Assembly (NCBI RefSeq): GCF_006345805.1
Contig: NC_043021.1
Coordinates: forward strand, 16,678,001 to 16,742,000
Length of the DNA: 64,000 nucleotides
Direction: 5' to 3'
DNA from: Octopus sinensis
Lineage: Eukaryota
Under the pieces are notes generated by a model, which searched no databases, had not been told where the DNA came from, and saw nothing but the letters and a program-made list of their open reading frames with translations. Shown in pieces: positions 1 to 12,212 of the stretch. Within the stretch, counting starts at the first letter, position 1, and each line of letters begins with the position of its first letter. The position numbers were made by a program, and so were the translations under genes.

Positions 1-844
1 CAGGTGTCGCAAGTCTAGTGCTCTTAGCACTGTCAGTTACAAACGTGCATATATTTGATAGGTTTCTTTCAATTTCCTTCTGTTAAATCCACTCCTAAGG
101 TTTAGTTCGCCTGAGGCTTCCCAAGATGCCATACAGTAGAACTGATCCAGTAACCATGTGGTTGGAAAGCAAAGTTTTTAACCACACAACTACAAACCTC
201 GAAACACATGATTAGAAAGAAAACTTCTTATCTATCTGACCATGCCTGTGTCCCTGGTATATAAAATGCAACCTCTTCTTTTAAAGTGTTCGTTTTTAAT
301 TCAAAACATTTTATCATAATTTTATATAAGTCTCCTTTGTCCTAATGTTTAACAGATCAACAAAGGATTTTGGGGTAAAAGGTTTTAATTTCAGTATGAA
401 CACTTTAAACCAGAGATTTTGTATGACAGAAGGCCACTACCCACCCTTCTTGTAATTAAGCCATAAAATGCACATATACTGTTGTTGATTCAGTCAATTA
501 TATTCCTCTTCCTGGCTTTACGGTGGTCTCTTTGTGTCTAATTAAGACAAACATTATTCTAATAGCAGCATCAATTAATTTGATTTTATTATAATTAATG
601 TTTCAAGTACTGGTAACTAATTCCATTTGTGAAATTGGATTGCTGGCCAAAAGCAATTAAATGTTACTCTAACTAAATATTACTAAAATATCTCTATTTC
701 TACATTTTTCTCTTCTTTCTCCCTCCCCTTTTATTAAAAGGCATGGATGTGTAGCAAGAAGTTTGCTTCCCAACCACATGGTTCTGGGTTCAGTTCCACT
801 CTGTGGCATCTTGGGCAAGTGTCTTCTCCTATAACCCTGGGCTG

Positions 845-1134
845 ATATTGTTTTTACCTTCATGCTCCCAATCTTGAATATTTCTATTTCGAAATCTTTG
901 TATTTTGACAGTTTCTCCACTTCTTTACAGGCAACATTTTGGTCAGAAGGGATTGCAATGTCCATCAGTAAGCAGGTGTTTTCTTCTCAGTCCTTCATTT
1001 TTATATAATACCTGGCCATTTCACTGAGATTTCTTTATTGGTTTGAAGAGGTATATACCAGATGATTGTGGCCCAGTCATTTTCGTGTACCTTGTTTGGC
1101 ATATGCTTATGCCATTTCTTGTTAGTGTTGGCAT
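845..1134 (-). mobile_element. RLE-type non-LTR retrotransposon relic (Dong/R4- or Hero-like), restriction-like endonuclease portion
   Basis: Minus-strand translation gives KWHKHMPNKVHENDWATIIWYIPLQTNKEISVKWPGII then, after a frameshift, LMDIAIPSDQNVACKEVEKLSKYKDFEIEI. This matches the PD..D..P..N...KE.EK..KY RLE motif. It is cut at 1135 by a hAT MITE. Confidence 0.75.
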
Positions 1135-1173
1135 CAGAGTTGTGAAGTCAGAACAAAAAAACTTTGACTCTAA

Positions 1174-2172
1174 CTCTGACTCCTGTACAGCACCTCTGAC
1201 TCCGACTCCTGTACGGCACCTCTGACTCCGACTCCTGTACGGCATCTCTGACTCCGACTCCTGTACGACACCTCTGACTCCGACTCCTGTACGGCACCTC
1301 TGACTCCGACTCCTGTACGGCACCTCTGACTCCGACTCCTGTACGGCACCTCTGACTCCGACTCCTGTACGGCATCTCTGACTCCGACTCCTGTACAGCA
1401 CCTCTGACTCTGACTCCTGTACGGCACCTCTGACTCCGACTCCTGTACGGCATCTCTGACTCCGACTCCTGTACGGCACCTCTGACTCTGACTCCTGTAC
1501 GGCACCTCTGACTCCGACTCCTGTACGGCATCTCTGACTCCGACTCCTGTACGGCACCTCTGACTCTGACTCCTGTACGGCATCTCTGACTCCGACTCCT
1601 GTACGGCACCTCTGACTCCGACTCCTGTACGGCACCTCTGACTCCGACTCCTGTACGGCATCTCTGACTCCGACTCCTGTACGGCATCTCTGACTCCGAC
1701 TCCTGTACGGCACCTCTGACTCCGACTCCTGTACGGCATCTCTGACTCCGACTCCTGTACGCATCTCTGACTCCGACTCTGTACGGCACCTCTGACTCCG
1801 ACTCCTGTACGGCACCTCTGACTCCGACTCCTGTACGGCACCTCTGACTCCAACTCCTGTACGGCATCTCTGACTCCGACTCCTGTACGGCATCTCTGAC
1901 TCCGACTCCTGTACGGCATCTCTGACTCCGACTCCTGTACGGCATCTCTGACTCCGACTCCTGTACGGCATCTCTGACTCCGACTCCTGTACGGCACCTC
2001 TGACTCCGACTCCTGTACGGCACCTCTGACTCTCCGACTCCTGTACGGCACCTCTGACTCTGACTCCTGTACGGCATCTCTGACTCCGACTCCTGTACGG
2101 CACCTCTGACTCCGACTCCTGTACGGCATCTCTGACTCCGACTCCTGTACGGCACCTCTGACCCCAACTCCT
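1174..2172. repeat. 26-bp minisatellite (CACCTCTGACTCCGACTCCTGTACGG), about 38 copies, in the left subterminal region of the hAT MITE
   Basis: Directly visible tandem array; it explains the three repetitive minus-strand ORFs. Confidence 0.95.
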
Positions 2173-2272
2173 CTTTATGTAATCAAATGATTATGGTCTA
2201 CGCATCTCGTAAAGCATATGAAATACACTTGTACTTTGAGTCGGCCTACATGTTATAACTGGCTTATATTAA

Positions 2273-3348
2273 CCCTTTCGTTTCTATATTTCTGACCAAA
2301 ATACACCCCTCATGAGTTTCAATTAAATTCTAAAATAATCATGAATCTAGGCTTGTTTCGTTAAATAACTGTAACTTTTTTACTTATCAACATATTAATG
2401 TGATATTTGGAACATAATTAAAGAAAGGGTTCTTAATCAATTCTATTGCATAACTTTTGTCTCAAAGTGACTTTAATTACAGGTAAATCCAGGTAAATTG
2501 AGCAAAAGGTAAAAATATTAAAATTTTAAATTGAGCAAAAGGTAAAAATATTAAAATTTTGTTTAAACATCACCATAGAAAATGAATCATCAGCTAATAT
2601 TCAAATGGGTATGCAACAAAATTTTGATAAAGAAGAATTGTGCACATCACTATATCATAAAGGTGGAATAAAGTGAAATACTGGAATCCACCGTAAGTTT
2701 GACCGAACTAAAGAAATCGGTCAAAAAATAATATACGGCCCTGGTTATGGTATGGAAGTGATAAATTCCAGACCACATCGTTCCCTAGGCCATGCTGACT
2801 AACATTATTTTCCCTGTATAAAAACTAAATCCACGCAGTACCCAGTATTTGCTTCACAAATTTTCCGAAATTTGAACCCCCATTTTGTGTTTGTTTACAA
2901 TCTGCGTAAATTTATTTCCGCATTGATCGCTTCAAACAATAACTTCCAGACCACATCATACCCTAAGCCATGCTGACTAACATTAGTTTCCCTGTATAAA
3001 AACTAAATCCACAACAGTACCCAGTATTTGTTTCACAAATTTTCTAATTCGGAATCAATGCTTGATAACATGAAACTCTTATCCATTTTCAAAGTTGAAG
3101 AAAAATCGATGCCGAAAAAAATGTGGAAAAAAATCTCCCAAAATTCAGGGAATTAAAATTACACGTCGATCGTTGTACAAAACTGTAGATGAATTGTTTA
3201 CGAAGTATAATCACGTGTTTTCACAAATGTACTAAAGAGATTTGCTCTGATATTCTCATTTAAATATGAATAGGTAAATTCGGGCGGGTTTGGTCACATT
3301 AACCAAAATTTTTTTCGGGTGGCTTTGGGCGGTTTGGTAACGAAAGGG
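2273..3348. mobile_element. piggyBac-like non-autonomous element nested in the hAT MITE
   Basis: TTAA at 2269-2272 and 3349-3352; 10-bp perfect TIR CCCTTTCGTT/AACGAAAGGG; internal ~100-bp direct repeats at about 2766 and 2945. Confidence 0.85.
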
Positions 3349-3447
3349 TTAAAGAATAAAGACATTGTGAGTCGGAATCAGAGTCAGTATAGTTTTACTA
3401 ACTCTGACTCCAGCCACCCCTTAATTGTTTCCAACTCCACAACCCTG

Positions 3448-3585
3448 GTTGGCATGTTGCCCAGTGGATATAACTACTTGATTGTGTCTGTATGTATAAT
3501 ATATTCAAATTTGACCGAGATTGAGCAGCTAGTGATGATGTGGCCAACAGTCTTGTGATGGTTGCGCATTCAGAATTGTTAACAC
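3448..3585 (-). mobile_element. Upstream half of the same RLE-type LINE relic (zinc-knuckle region)
   Basis: Minus-strand TVGHIITSCSISVKFEYI..RHNQV..YIHWATCQ resembles the HII.GC..L...EY..RHN.V..YIHW motif and continues into 1134 once the MITE and one TSD copy are removed. Confidence 0.7.
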
Positions 3586-4176
3586 GCCAGGCAAAATGGT
3601 TAATGACACTTCTTCCATCTTTACATTCTCAGTTCAAACTCTGCCATGGTTGATTTTGTCTTTCATCTTTTTGGGGTTGATGAGAATAAGTACCAGCTTA
3701 GAACTGGGGGTCAACATAATCGACTTACGTATCCCCACACCAAAAAACAAAACAAAAAATTACTGGCCTTATGCCAAAATTTGAAACCATCACCATCGTC
3801 ATCAAAATGTTAGTAACAATTATTAAATATTTATATAGAACACAATTTTTTTTAAAAATCTGTTTTACATCAGTTTTATTACGTAATCATAGAATGGTTT
3901 TGAAACTTTGCATGTCTGTATGTATAAATCATGGGAGCAAGTATTTATTTTTACAGCTGGGTTAGTCATAAGACAGAGGCAAGAGTGTTAATTTTCACGC
4001 AGACAATGAAATGGAGCAGATAAAATATAAATGGTTGCCACTTACACAGTTTGGTTGTGGCATTAGTAATAAAGGGGAGTGGTAAAATTCTTCTCACTTT
4101 TGTCATATTTTTGTGAAAATATCTAAAATTTGCCATTTACAAGCAATGTTTTACACTGTTTTTTCTGTTTTTTAGT

Positions 4177-4548
4177 CTTTTATTTGTTTCAGTCATTTGA
4201 CTGCGGCCATGCTGGAGCATTGCCTTTAGTCGAACATATTGACCCCAGGACTTATTCTTTCTAAGCCTAGTAGTTATTGTTGCCAAACCACTAAGTTACA
4301 GGGATGTAAACACACCAACATTGGTTGTCAAGTGATGGTGGTGGGGAGAAACACAGAAACACAAACATATATATATACATACACAACGGGCTTCTTTCAG
4401 TTTCTTTCTACCAAATCCACTCACAAGGCTTTGGTTGGCCTGAGGCTATAGTAGAAGACACATGTTCAAGGTGCCATGTAGTGGTACTGAACCCAGAACC
4501 ATGTGGTTGGTAAACAAGCTACTTACCACACAGCCACTCCTACGCCTA
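4177..4548 (-). mobile_element. tRNA-derived SINE family 1 (internal TA/TG microsatellite)
   Basis: Reverse complement of the head GGCGCAGGAGTGGCTGTGTGGTAAGTAGC and the tail GACTGAAACAAGTAAAAGAG seen in many copies in this window. Confidence 0.85.
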
Positions 4549-5829
4549 TATATGTATGTATCAGGTTCAGTCCCATTATGTGGTATTTGGCAAGTGTCTT
4601 CTACTAAGTCCTGAGCTTGTGAGTAAATTTTGCAGACAGAAACTGTGAGAAAGCCTGTCGTGTGTGTGTGTGTGAGTGTGTCTTTGTATCTGTGTTTGTT
4701 CCCTACCACTGTAACTTAATAATTTTGCAAAAGAAACTGATAGAATAAATACCAGAGTCGGTTTGTTTTGACTAAACCCTTCGAGGCAGCGCCCCAGCTT
4801 GGCCACAGTCCAATGGCTGAACCCAGTAAAAGATAAGCGATAAAAACCAACAATAGTTGTGAGGAGTGAGAGACAGACACGGATATTTCCCTTACTCAAC
4901 TTGTTTCAGTTTGGCTAGTTACGGAAATATGATAAATAAATGTTGATTAAGGACTTTTGTTGCATTGTAAACTTGCTAACTTCTTTTCATATTGTTTATT
5001 TATGACAAGGTCAAATCTTGGGCTGAGTAACATTTTTCAAAAAGATTTTCCTTTTCTGTCTTTTTTTTTTCTTTTTTCATCTATTTCATAAAAACAATTC
5101 TCTTAGCTATGTATCCTGTTATCAACTGGTTCTTTTGAGAGTTGTTTGTATGAGGTTTATCTTAGCTTTGACTCTTCCCATGAGCAAAAAAAAAATTCTA
5201 ATTGTACCTTTTTTTCTTCTTGACACATATGTATATAATAGTTAACATCATATGCTGTCTATTATATACATATTATTTGCAAACACACTTAGTATTGTTG
5301 TGAATACTGCTTCAGGGGTTGTGTGTGTTCGTTGCTTAGCCAGAGGAAGAGAGGCAGCACACACGACACTTTTCAAGATCTCTGGGATAAGTAGATGGAA
5401 AGAAAGAAAAAATTATTCTAAAACTGAAGACCTGGCCTGGACATTTGCAGCCAAGTAGTCTCTACTAAAGGAACCACTCAAGTACCAAGTGCTGGTGTTT
5501 TCCTGCAATATTGTAGACTCCACTTAACATGTCAAGAACTAGACAGTGGTGTTTTATGCTGAGATAAACACCACAGTTTGATTCAGATTCACACTTGAAA
5601 ACTTGTCTGTTATGACGAAAAAGCTTTTAGTAAAGAAACAAACATCGCTACAAATGGTTTCCCCAGTTCTAAATATCCTAACGATTTGTGAGTTGCTGGA
5701 AGAAACCTATACTTCATAGTGAAATAACAGTGACAGGGCACTTCACAGGGCTTGTACCAAGCAATAGAAGAAACTTCAAATTACTGAAGCTAAAAACAAG
5801 TGGAAATAAACAAATTTGCAAACATGGTT

Positions 5830-6232
5830 AGGCGCAGGAGTGGCTGTGTGGTAAGTAGCTTGCTAACCAACCACATGGTTCCGGGTTCAGTCCCACTGCG
5901 TGGTATCTTGGGCAAGTGTCTTCTGCTATAGCCCCGGGCCGACCAATGCCTTGTGAGTGGATTTGGTAGACAGAAACTGAAAGAAGCCTATCGTATATAT
6001 GTATATATATATATGTGTATGTGTGTGTGTTTGTGTGTTTGTCCCCCTAGCATTGCTTGACAACTGATGCTGGTGTGTTTACGTCCCTATCACTTAGCGG
6101 TTCGGCAAAAGAGACCGATAGAATAAGTACTGGGCTTACAAAGAATAAGTCCCGGGGTCGATTTGCTCAACTAAAGGCGGTGCTCCAGCATGGCCGCAGT
6201 CAAATGACTGAAACAAGTAAAAGAGTAAGAGT
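5830..6232 (+). mobile_element. SINE family 1, full-length copy
   Basis: tRNA-like head with A-box TGGCTGTGTGG and B-box-like GGTTCAGTCCC, central (TA)n(TG)n, tail AAACAAGTAAAAGAG. Confidence 0.9.
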
Positions 6233-6685
6233 ATGGTTAACCTACATCATTCTATCAGCATAGGAATGGATAGGAATAATATATCTTTTGTCTTTTACTT
6301 GTTTCAATCATTAGATTGTGGCCATGCTGGGGCACAGCTTTGAAAAATTTTAGTTGAACAAATTGACCCCGGTATGAATTTTTTTTTTTTATGCCTGGTA
6401 CTTATTCTATTGGCCCCTTTTTTGCCAGACTGCTAAGTTTTGGGGATGTAAACACATCAACACCAGTTTTCAAGTGTTGGTGGTGGTGGTGGTGGAGGGA
6501 CAAATAGACACAAGGACACACACACACACACACACACAACTTAGCAGTTCAGCAAAGGAGACCAATAGAATAAGTACTAAGTTTACAAAGAATAAGTCCT
6601 GGGGTCGATTTCTACGACTAAAAAAACCCTTAAAGGCAGTGCTCCAGCATGGCCACAAATGACTGAAACAAGTAAAACAATAAAA

Positions 6686-6740
<55 letters not shown>

Positions 6741-7534
6741 TACACACACATGATTGGCTTCTTTCAGTTTCTCTCTACCAAATCCACTCACAAGGCTTTG
6801 GTTGGCCCGAGGCTGTAGTGAAGGACTCTTGCCTGAGGTGCCATACAGTGGAACTGAACCTAAAATCATGTGGTTGAGAAGCAAACTTCTCAACTGCATG
6901 ACTACACCTGCATCTCAGTGGATATAAACTGTAAAGTCATCAGCTGATAGGCTAACATGATATCAGCTCCTGCTGATGGGGGTGCTTCTGTGTGGTAGCT
7001 CAATGTACTTGCTAGTAATAGCAGCTAAATCTTTCTCAAATCTTTAATAGAAGGAGGACATGAAGTGGCAAGCTGGCAGGATCGTTAGCATGCTGGGCCA
7101 AATGTTTAGTGGCATTTTGTTCGTCTTTACGTTCTGAGTTCAAATTCCACTGAGGTCGACTTTGCCTTTCAAACTTTCAGGCCCAACAAAATAAGTACCA
7201 ATTGTGCACCGGGGTTGAATTAATCAACTTACCCGTGTCCCCTGAAATTTCTGGCCTTGTGCCCAAATTTGAAACTGATAACTAGAGGACTTGTAGGATA
7301 TTATAACCTAAAATAAACTGTGTTTAAAAAAGATTGGACTGGATGGTCATAGTTAGAATGTGGGGCCGATAAAATGAGTACCAGTTGAGCACTGGGGTTG
7401 AATTAATCAATTTACCCGAGTCCCCTGAAATTGCTGGCCTTGTGCCCAAATTTGAAACCAATAACAGGACATGTGGGATATCATAACTTGAAATCGTGTT
7501 TAAAAAAGATTGGACTGGATGGTCATAGTTAGAA

Positions 7535-7830
7535 TCATCATCATCATCGTTTAACGTCCGTTTTCCGCGCTAGCACGGGTTGGACGGTTCGACCGGAGTC
7601 TGGGAAGCCAGGGCTGCACCAGGCTCCAGTCTGATCTGGCAGTGTTTCTACAGCTGGATGCCCTTCCTAACGCCAACCACTCCGCGAGTGTAGTGGGTGC
7701 TTTTTACGTGCCACCTGCACAGGTACCAGGGGGTGGGGTCTGGCATCGACCACGATCGGTTGGTGCTTTTAATGTGCCACCGGCATGGAAGCCAGCCAAG
7801 GCGGCGCTGGCATCGGCCATGTTCGGATGG
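7535..7830 (-). mobile_element. RTE LINE 3' end with (GAT)n tail
   Basis: Same 3' UTR sequence as 55735-56020 (GTTGGCGTTAGGAAGGGCATCCAG...GTTAAACGATGATGATG). Confidence 0.8.
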
Positions 7831-7879
7831 TGTCTTCAATAATTGGTCTACTCAACCAGGGCCAAGATGAAATAAAACA

Positions 7880-8534
7880 CCACCAACATGTTAACGACTC
7901 TTCCTCCTACTCTCAACTTAAGACGTAATATGGTTGCTACGTTATTTATATATGAAGCAGATGCTTTCAGAGATTTTCCTCAAATTTCACTTGTATCCGT
8001 GAAGGCAGTATTATTTATTTACAAACATCTTTAACGATAAAGCTTTTCCAATTTTTTTTTTTTTTCATCTTTTCTTTCTTTCGTTTCTTCTCTTGTTTGG
8101 AAATCCTTCAAGGAAATACATCCTTTGATTCTCTTCTTCCTTTGTCCGACGACGTACTGCGAATGATGTTAGAGACAGATAAAGTTACTCGTTTCATCCG
8201 TTAGAAAAATGTTTCTCAATGTTTTGCCAGACCAAGTCGTACATCATATCAGGCTGCTTGCTTTGCGGCTGGCACAACCCTGCCTCAGCATTGATGTGGT
8301 ATTTTCTAGGTTGAAGATGATGTCTTCTCACAGCAGTTTGGATAAAAGGCAAGAAGGAAAGAAAGAAAAAAGAAGGAATGAAAACAAACATTGGTTGGTT
8401 GGTGTAAATGAAACCTCAAAAATGTTTACTTACCATAAGCTTTGTTGTTTTCCTTCTTTCTTTTTTCTCTTCTTGGTAATAATCCAAATAATTGTCTTTG
8501 CCCCGACTCTTCAATGTTTGTTATTTCTGTAAGT
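7880..8534 (+). promoter_or_regulatory. Candidate promoter and non-coding first exon of the ZF gene, donor GTAAGT at 8529
   Basis: Unique sequence that looks locally CpG-rich by eye, ending in TTCT|GTAAGT. The link to the ZF gene is inferred. Confidence 0.35.
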
Positions 8535-8803
8535 AGAAAATGGTATGGAATCTCAACTAAGGAAAAAAAAAAAAAAGTAAGTAAATAAGTAAAACAATCA
8601 CTTGTAGAGTTGCAAAACTGAACTTCTTCATGATCTGGTGCCAGTTTGAGATGATAGGAGCTTGTTTATTAGAGTTTATTGTATGTAAAATGTGTGTGTG
8701 TGTGTGCATGTATCAGTGTTAAACATGTAAGATTTGCTATCTTATTTCATCCCAGATATTTCAAGTTGTTTCCATCCACTTGCAAACCCACCTTCATTCA
8801 CTT

Positions 8804-10409
8804 CCTCCTAAACATGCTCTAAATATGCTCTATTCCCTCCTAAATATGCTCTATTCCCTCTCCTAAACATGCTATATGCCCCCCTCCTAAACATGCTTTA
8901 TCCCCCCTCCTAAACATACTCTATCCCCCCCTCCCAAAATGCTCTATCCTCCCTCCTAAACATGCTCTATTGCCCCCCTCTTAAACATGCTCTATCGCCC
9001 CTCCTAAACATGCTCTATCCCCCCTCCTAAACATGCTATATCCCCCCTCCTAAACATGCTATATCCCCCCTCCTAAACATGCTCTATCCCCCTTCCTAAA
9101 CATGCTCTATCCCCCCTCCTAAAAATGCTCTACCCCCCCTCCTAAACATACTCTATCCCCCCTCCTAAACATGCTCTATCCCCCCTCCTAAACATGCTCT
9201 ATCTCCCCTCCTAAACATGCTCTATCTCCCCTCCTAAACATGCTCTATCTCCCCTCCTAAACATGCTCTATCCCCCTTCCTGAACATGCTCTATCCCCCC
9301 TCCTAAACATGCTCTATCTCCCCTCCTAAACATGCTCTATCCCCCTTCCTAAACATGCTCTATCCTCCCTCCTAAACATGCTCTACCCCCCCTCCTAAAC
9401 ATGCTCTATCCTCCCTCCTAAACATGCTCTATCCCCCTTCCTAAACATGCTCTATCCCCCTTCCTAAACATGCTTTATCCCCCCTCCTAAACATACTCTA
9501 TCCCCCCTCCCAAAATGCTCTATCCTCCCTCCTAAACATGCTCTATTGCCCCCCCTCTTAAACATGCTCTATCGCCCCTCCTAAACATGCTCTATCCCCC
9601 CTCCTAAACATGCTATATCCCCCCTCCTAAACATGCTATATCCCCCCTCCTAAACATGCTCTATCCCCCTTCCTAAACATGCTCTATCCCCCCTCCTAAA
9701 AATGCTCTACCCCCTTTCTAAACATGCTCTATCCCCCCTCCTAAACATGCTCTATCCCCCCTCCTAAACATGCTCTATCTCCCCTCCTAAACATGCTCTA
9801 TCTCCCCTCCTAAACATGCTCTATCCCCCTTCCTGAACATGCTCTATCCCCCCTCCTAAACATGCTCTATCCCCCCTCCTAAACATGCTCTATCTCCCCT
9901 CCTAAACATGCTCTATCCCCCTTCCTAAACATGCTCTATCCTCCCTCCTAAACATGCTCTATCCTCCCTCCTAAACATGCTCTATCCCCCTTCCTAAACA
10001 TGCTCTATCCCCCCTCCTAAACATGCTCTATCCCCCCTCCTAAACATGCTCTATCCTCCCTCCTAAACATGCTCTATCCTCCCTCCTAAACATGCTCTAT
10101 CCCCCCTCCTAAACATGCTCTATCGCCCCCTCCTAAACATGCTCTATCCCCCCTCCTAAACATGCTCTATTGCCCCCCTCTTAAACATGCTCTATCCCCC
10201 CCTCCTAAACATGCTCTATCCCCCCTCCTAAACATGCTCTATCCTCCCTCCTAAACATGCTCTACCCCCCCTCCTAAACATGCTCTACCCCCCCCCTCCT
10301 AAACACGCTCTATCGCCCCTCCTAAACATGCTCTATCCCCCCTCCTAAACATACTCTATCCCCCCTCCTAAAATGCTCTATCCCCCCCTCTTAAACATGC
10401 TCTGTCCCC
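8804..10409. repeat. 23-bp C-rich minisatellite (CCTAAACATGCTCTATCCCCCCT), about 70 copies
   Basis: Visible tandem array; a variant block at 8894 recurs at 9471, indicating a ~577-bp higher-order duplication. Confidence 0.95.
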
Positions 10410-10839
10410 TGAGTTGGACTGAATCTGGCACCTTGTATTTCGGAAGCCAACTCCTCCCTGCCACACAGCCACACCTGTGCCTATAGATTGACCATATTTG
10501 CAAATTTATTTATTTCCATTTGTTTTAGCTTTAGTAACTTGAATTTCTCTCTGTTGTTTGCAGTAATGTCTGCAAAAATAAATAGCTTCATAGTTGTCAG
10601 TGTTCTTCCACTGGAGAATATTCGTTCCTTCTGAGAAATCAAGAATCCCTATGGCTTTTAGAATTGTAAAAATATCTCTAGTGATATTCATTTTTTTTAC
10701 TAAGAGCTCTTGCATCATAACTGACATGTCTTCTTCAACTGGGAATCGGTTAATAATGAAAATATTCAAACAAAAGTACTATGAAAGTGTTTGCATTCTG
10801 TGTTATGTATTTTGTATGCTTCCATATAAAAGGTTGGTA

Positions 10840-11075
10840 TAGGCACGTGGCTTAGTGGTTAGGGTTTTGGATTCAGATCTTAAGATTATGGTTTCAATTC
10901 CTGGGACAGGTGATGCATTGTGGTTTTTGAGCAAAACACTTTATTTCACATTGCTCCAGTCCACTCAGCTGACAGAAATGGGTAATTCTGAAATGGACTA
11001 GTGTTCCATCCAGGGGTAATAAATGCACCACAAACCTCAGGAAACTGGCCCTATGAGTCTGTATGACTCGGCAAA
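10840..11075 (+). mobile_element. tRNA-derived SINE with CORE-like central domain
   Basis: Head GGCTTAGTGGTTAGGG...GGTTTCAATTCC then TTGAGCAAAACACTTTATTTCACATTGCTCCAGTCCACTCAGCTG; similar copies at 21393, 52352 and 61785. Confidence 0.7.
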
Positions 11076-11202
11076 GATCTTTATCCTATTTATAAAAAGT
11101 GGATGGCAGTAACAGGATATCGTATCAACAGGATTTATGTCAGTATGAAGTAATCTGAAAAAGAAATTGATAGTTTTTTTTGTACTGTAAATAGATGTAC
11201 TC

Positions 11203-11485
11203 ATCATCATCATCATCATCAAACGTCTGTTGTCCATGCTGGCATGGGTCGGACAGTTTGACCAGGGCTGGTAAACTGAAAGGCTGCACCAGACTCCAGT
11301 CTGATTTGGCATGGTTTTTATGGCTGGATGCCCTTCCTAACGCCAACCACTCCGAGAGTGTAATGGGTGCTTTTGTGTGCCACCAGCATGGGTGCCAGCT
11401 GTGTGACACCAGTATCTGCCATGACTAACATTTCACTTGGCTTGATGGGTCTCCTTCTTAAGCACAGCATATTGCCAAAGGTCTC
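11203..11485 (-). mobile_element. RTE LINE 3' end
   Basis: (CAT)n tail on the + strand followed by the RTE 3' UTR seen at 7535 and 55735. Confidence 0.75.
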
Positions 11486-12106
11486 TGTATGATATACACA
11501 TAATACCTATATAATTTCATCATCATCATCGTCATTTAACATCCACCTTCCATGCTGGCAGGGTGGGACAGTTTGACAGGAGCCAGCCAGAAAGAAGCCT
11601 GCACTGGACTTCTGTGACTGTTTTGGCAAGATTTTTATACATACTGTCCATATCTCCAACCAATCACATACAGCTAGCTGGCATTCAATTGGCGTATCAA
11701 GTTTCAGGCATTTTGATTGAGTTTTGGATAGAAAATTCACAAAAAAGTCACTTCTATTGATTTTTTTAATGGTTTTGTGGCGCGCTTCGTTTTGTGGGGT
11801 GACTGGGGAAATGTAAAGATGTGGAATGACCATAGAAGGGGTCAGCCCTCTAACTGAAAAATTGTGGATTTGTATAAAGGACACACACACAGACAGACAT
11901 TATATATAGAGAGATAAAGTATATATATAAAGTAATATTACATGTTGGGTGTATTGTGTGTATATATGTGTATATTTACAAACATACTAATATGTTTATA
12001 GTAAGAGAGAGATGTTTTCTAAAACAATGACTAAATCAAAGTTTACATCTGCAATTGTAATTAAACTTCAACAGGATGGCCACATCAATTGAAAAGAAGT
12101 CTCACA

Positions 12107-12212
12107 GTAAAGAAATACTGATCTCTAACTGTGGAAGGAACCTGTGATAGAGGTAGATTCGGGAAGACATGGGGCGTGGTGCTGAAGCATGATCTTTGAA
12201 CCTTGGGTTTCA
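12107..12212 (+). repeat. 106-bp inverted duplicate of the RTE fragment at 12823-12928
   Basis: About 96% identical to the reverse complement of 12823-12928 and shares its in-frame TGA. Confidence 0.9.

Larger units (their letters stand above)
1135..3447. mobile_element. Non-autonomous hAT-like DNA transposon
   Basis: Imperfect TIRs CAGAGTTGTGAAGTCAG (1135) and CCAACTCCACAACCCTG (ends 3447); perfect 8-bp TSD GTTGGCAT at 1127-1134 and 3448-3455; GACTCC subterminal motifs at both ends. Confidence 0.85.

Noticed and set aside
1021-2167. Three 320-360-aa minus-strand ORFs
   Set aside because: Translation of the stop-free 26-bp tandem repeat inside a MITE; no coding evidence.
10506-10769. Possible Hero-like RLE relic
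   Set aside because: Only a vague resemblance (PVEED..); diagnostic residues are missing.
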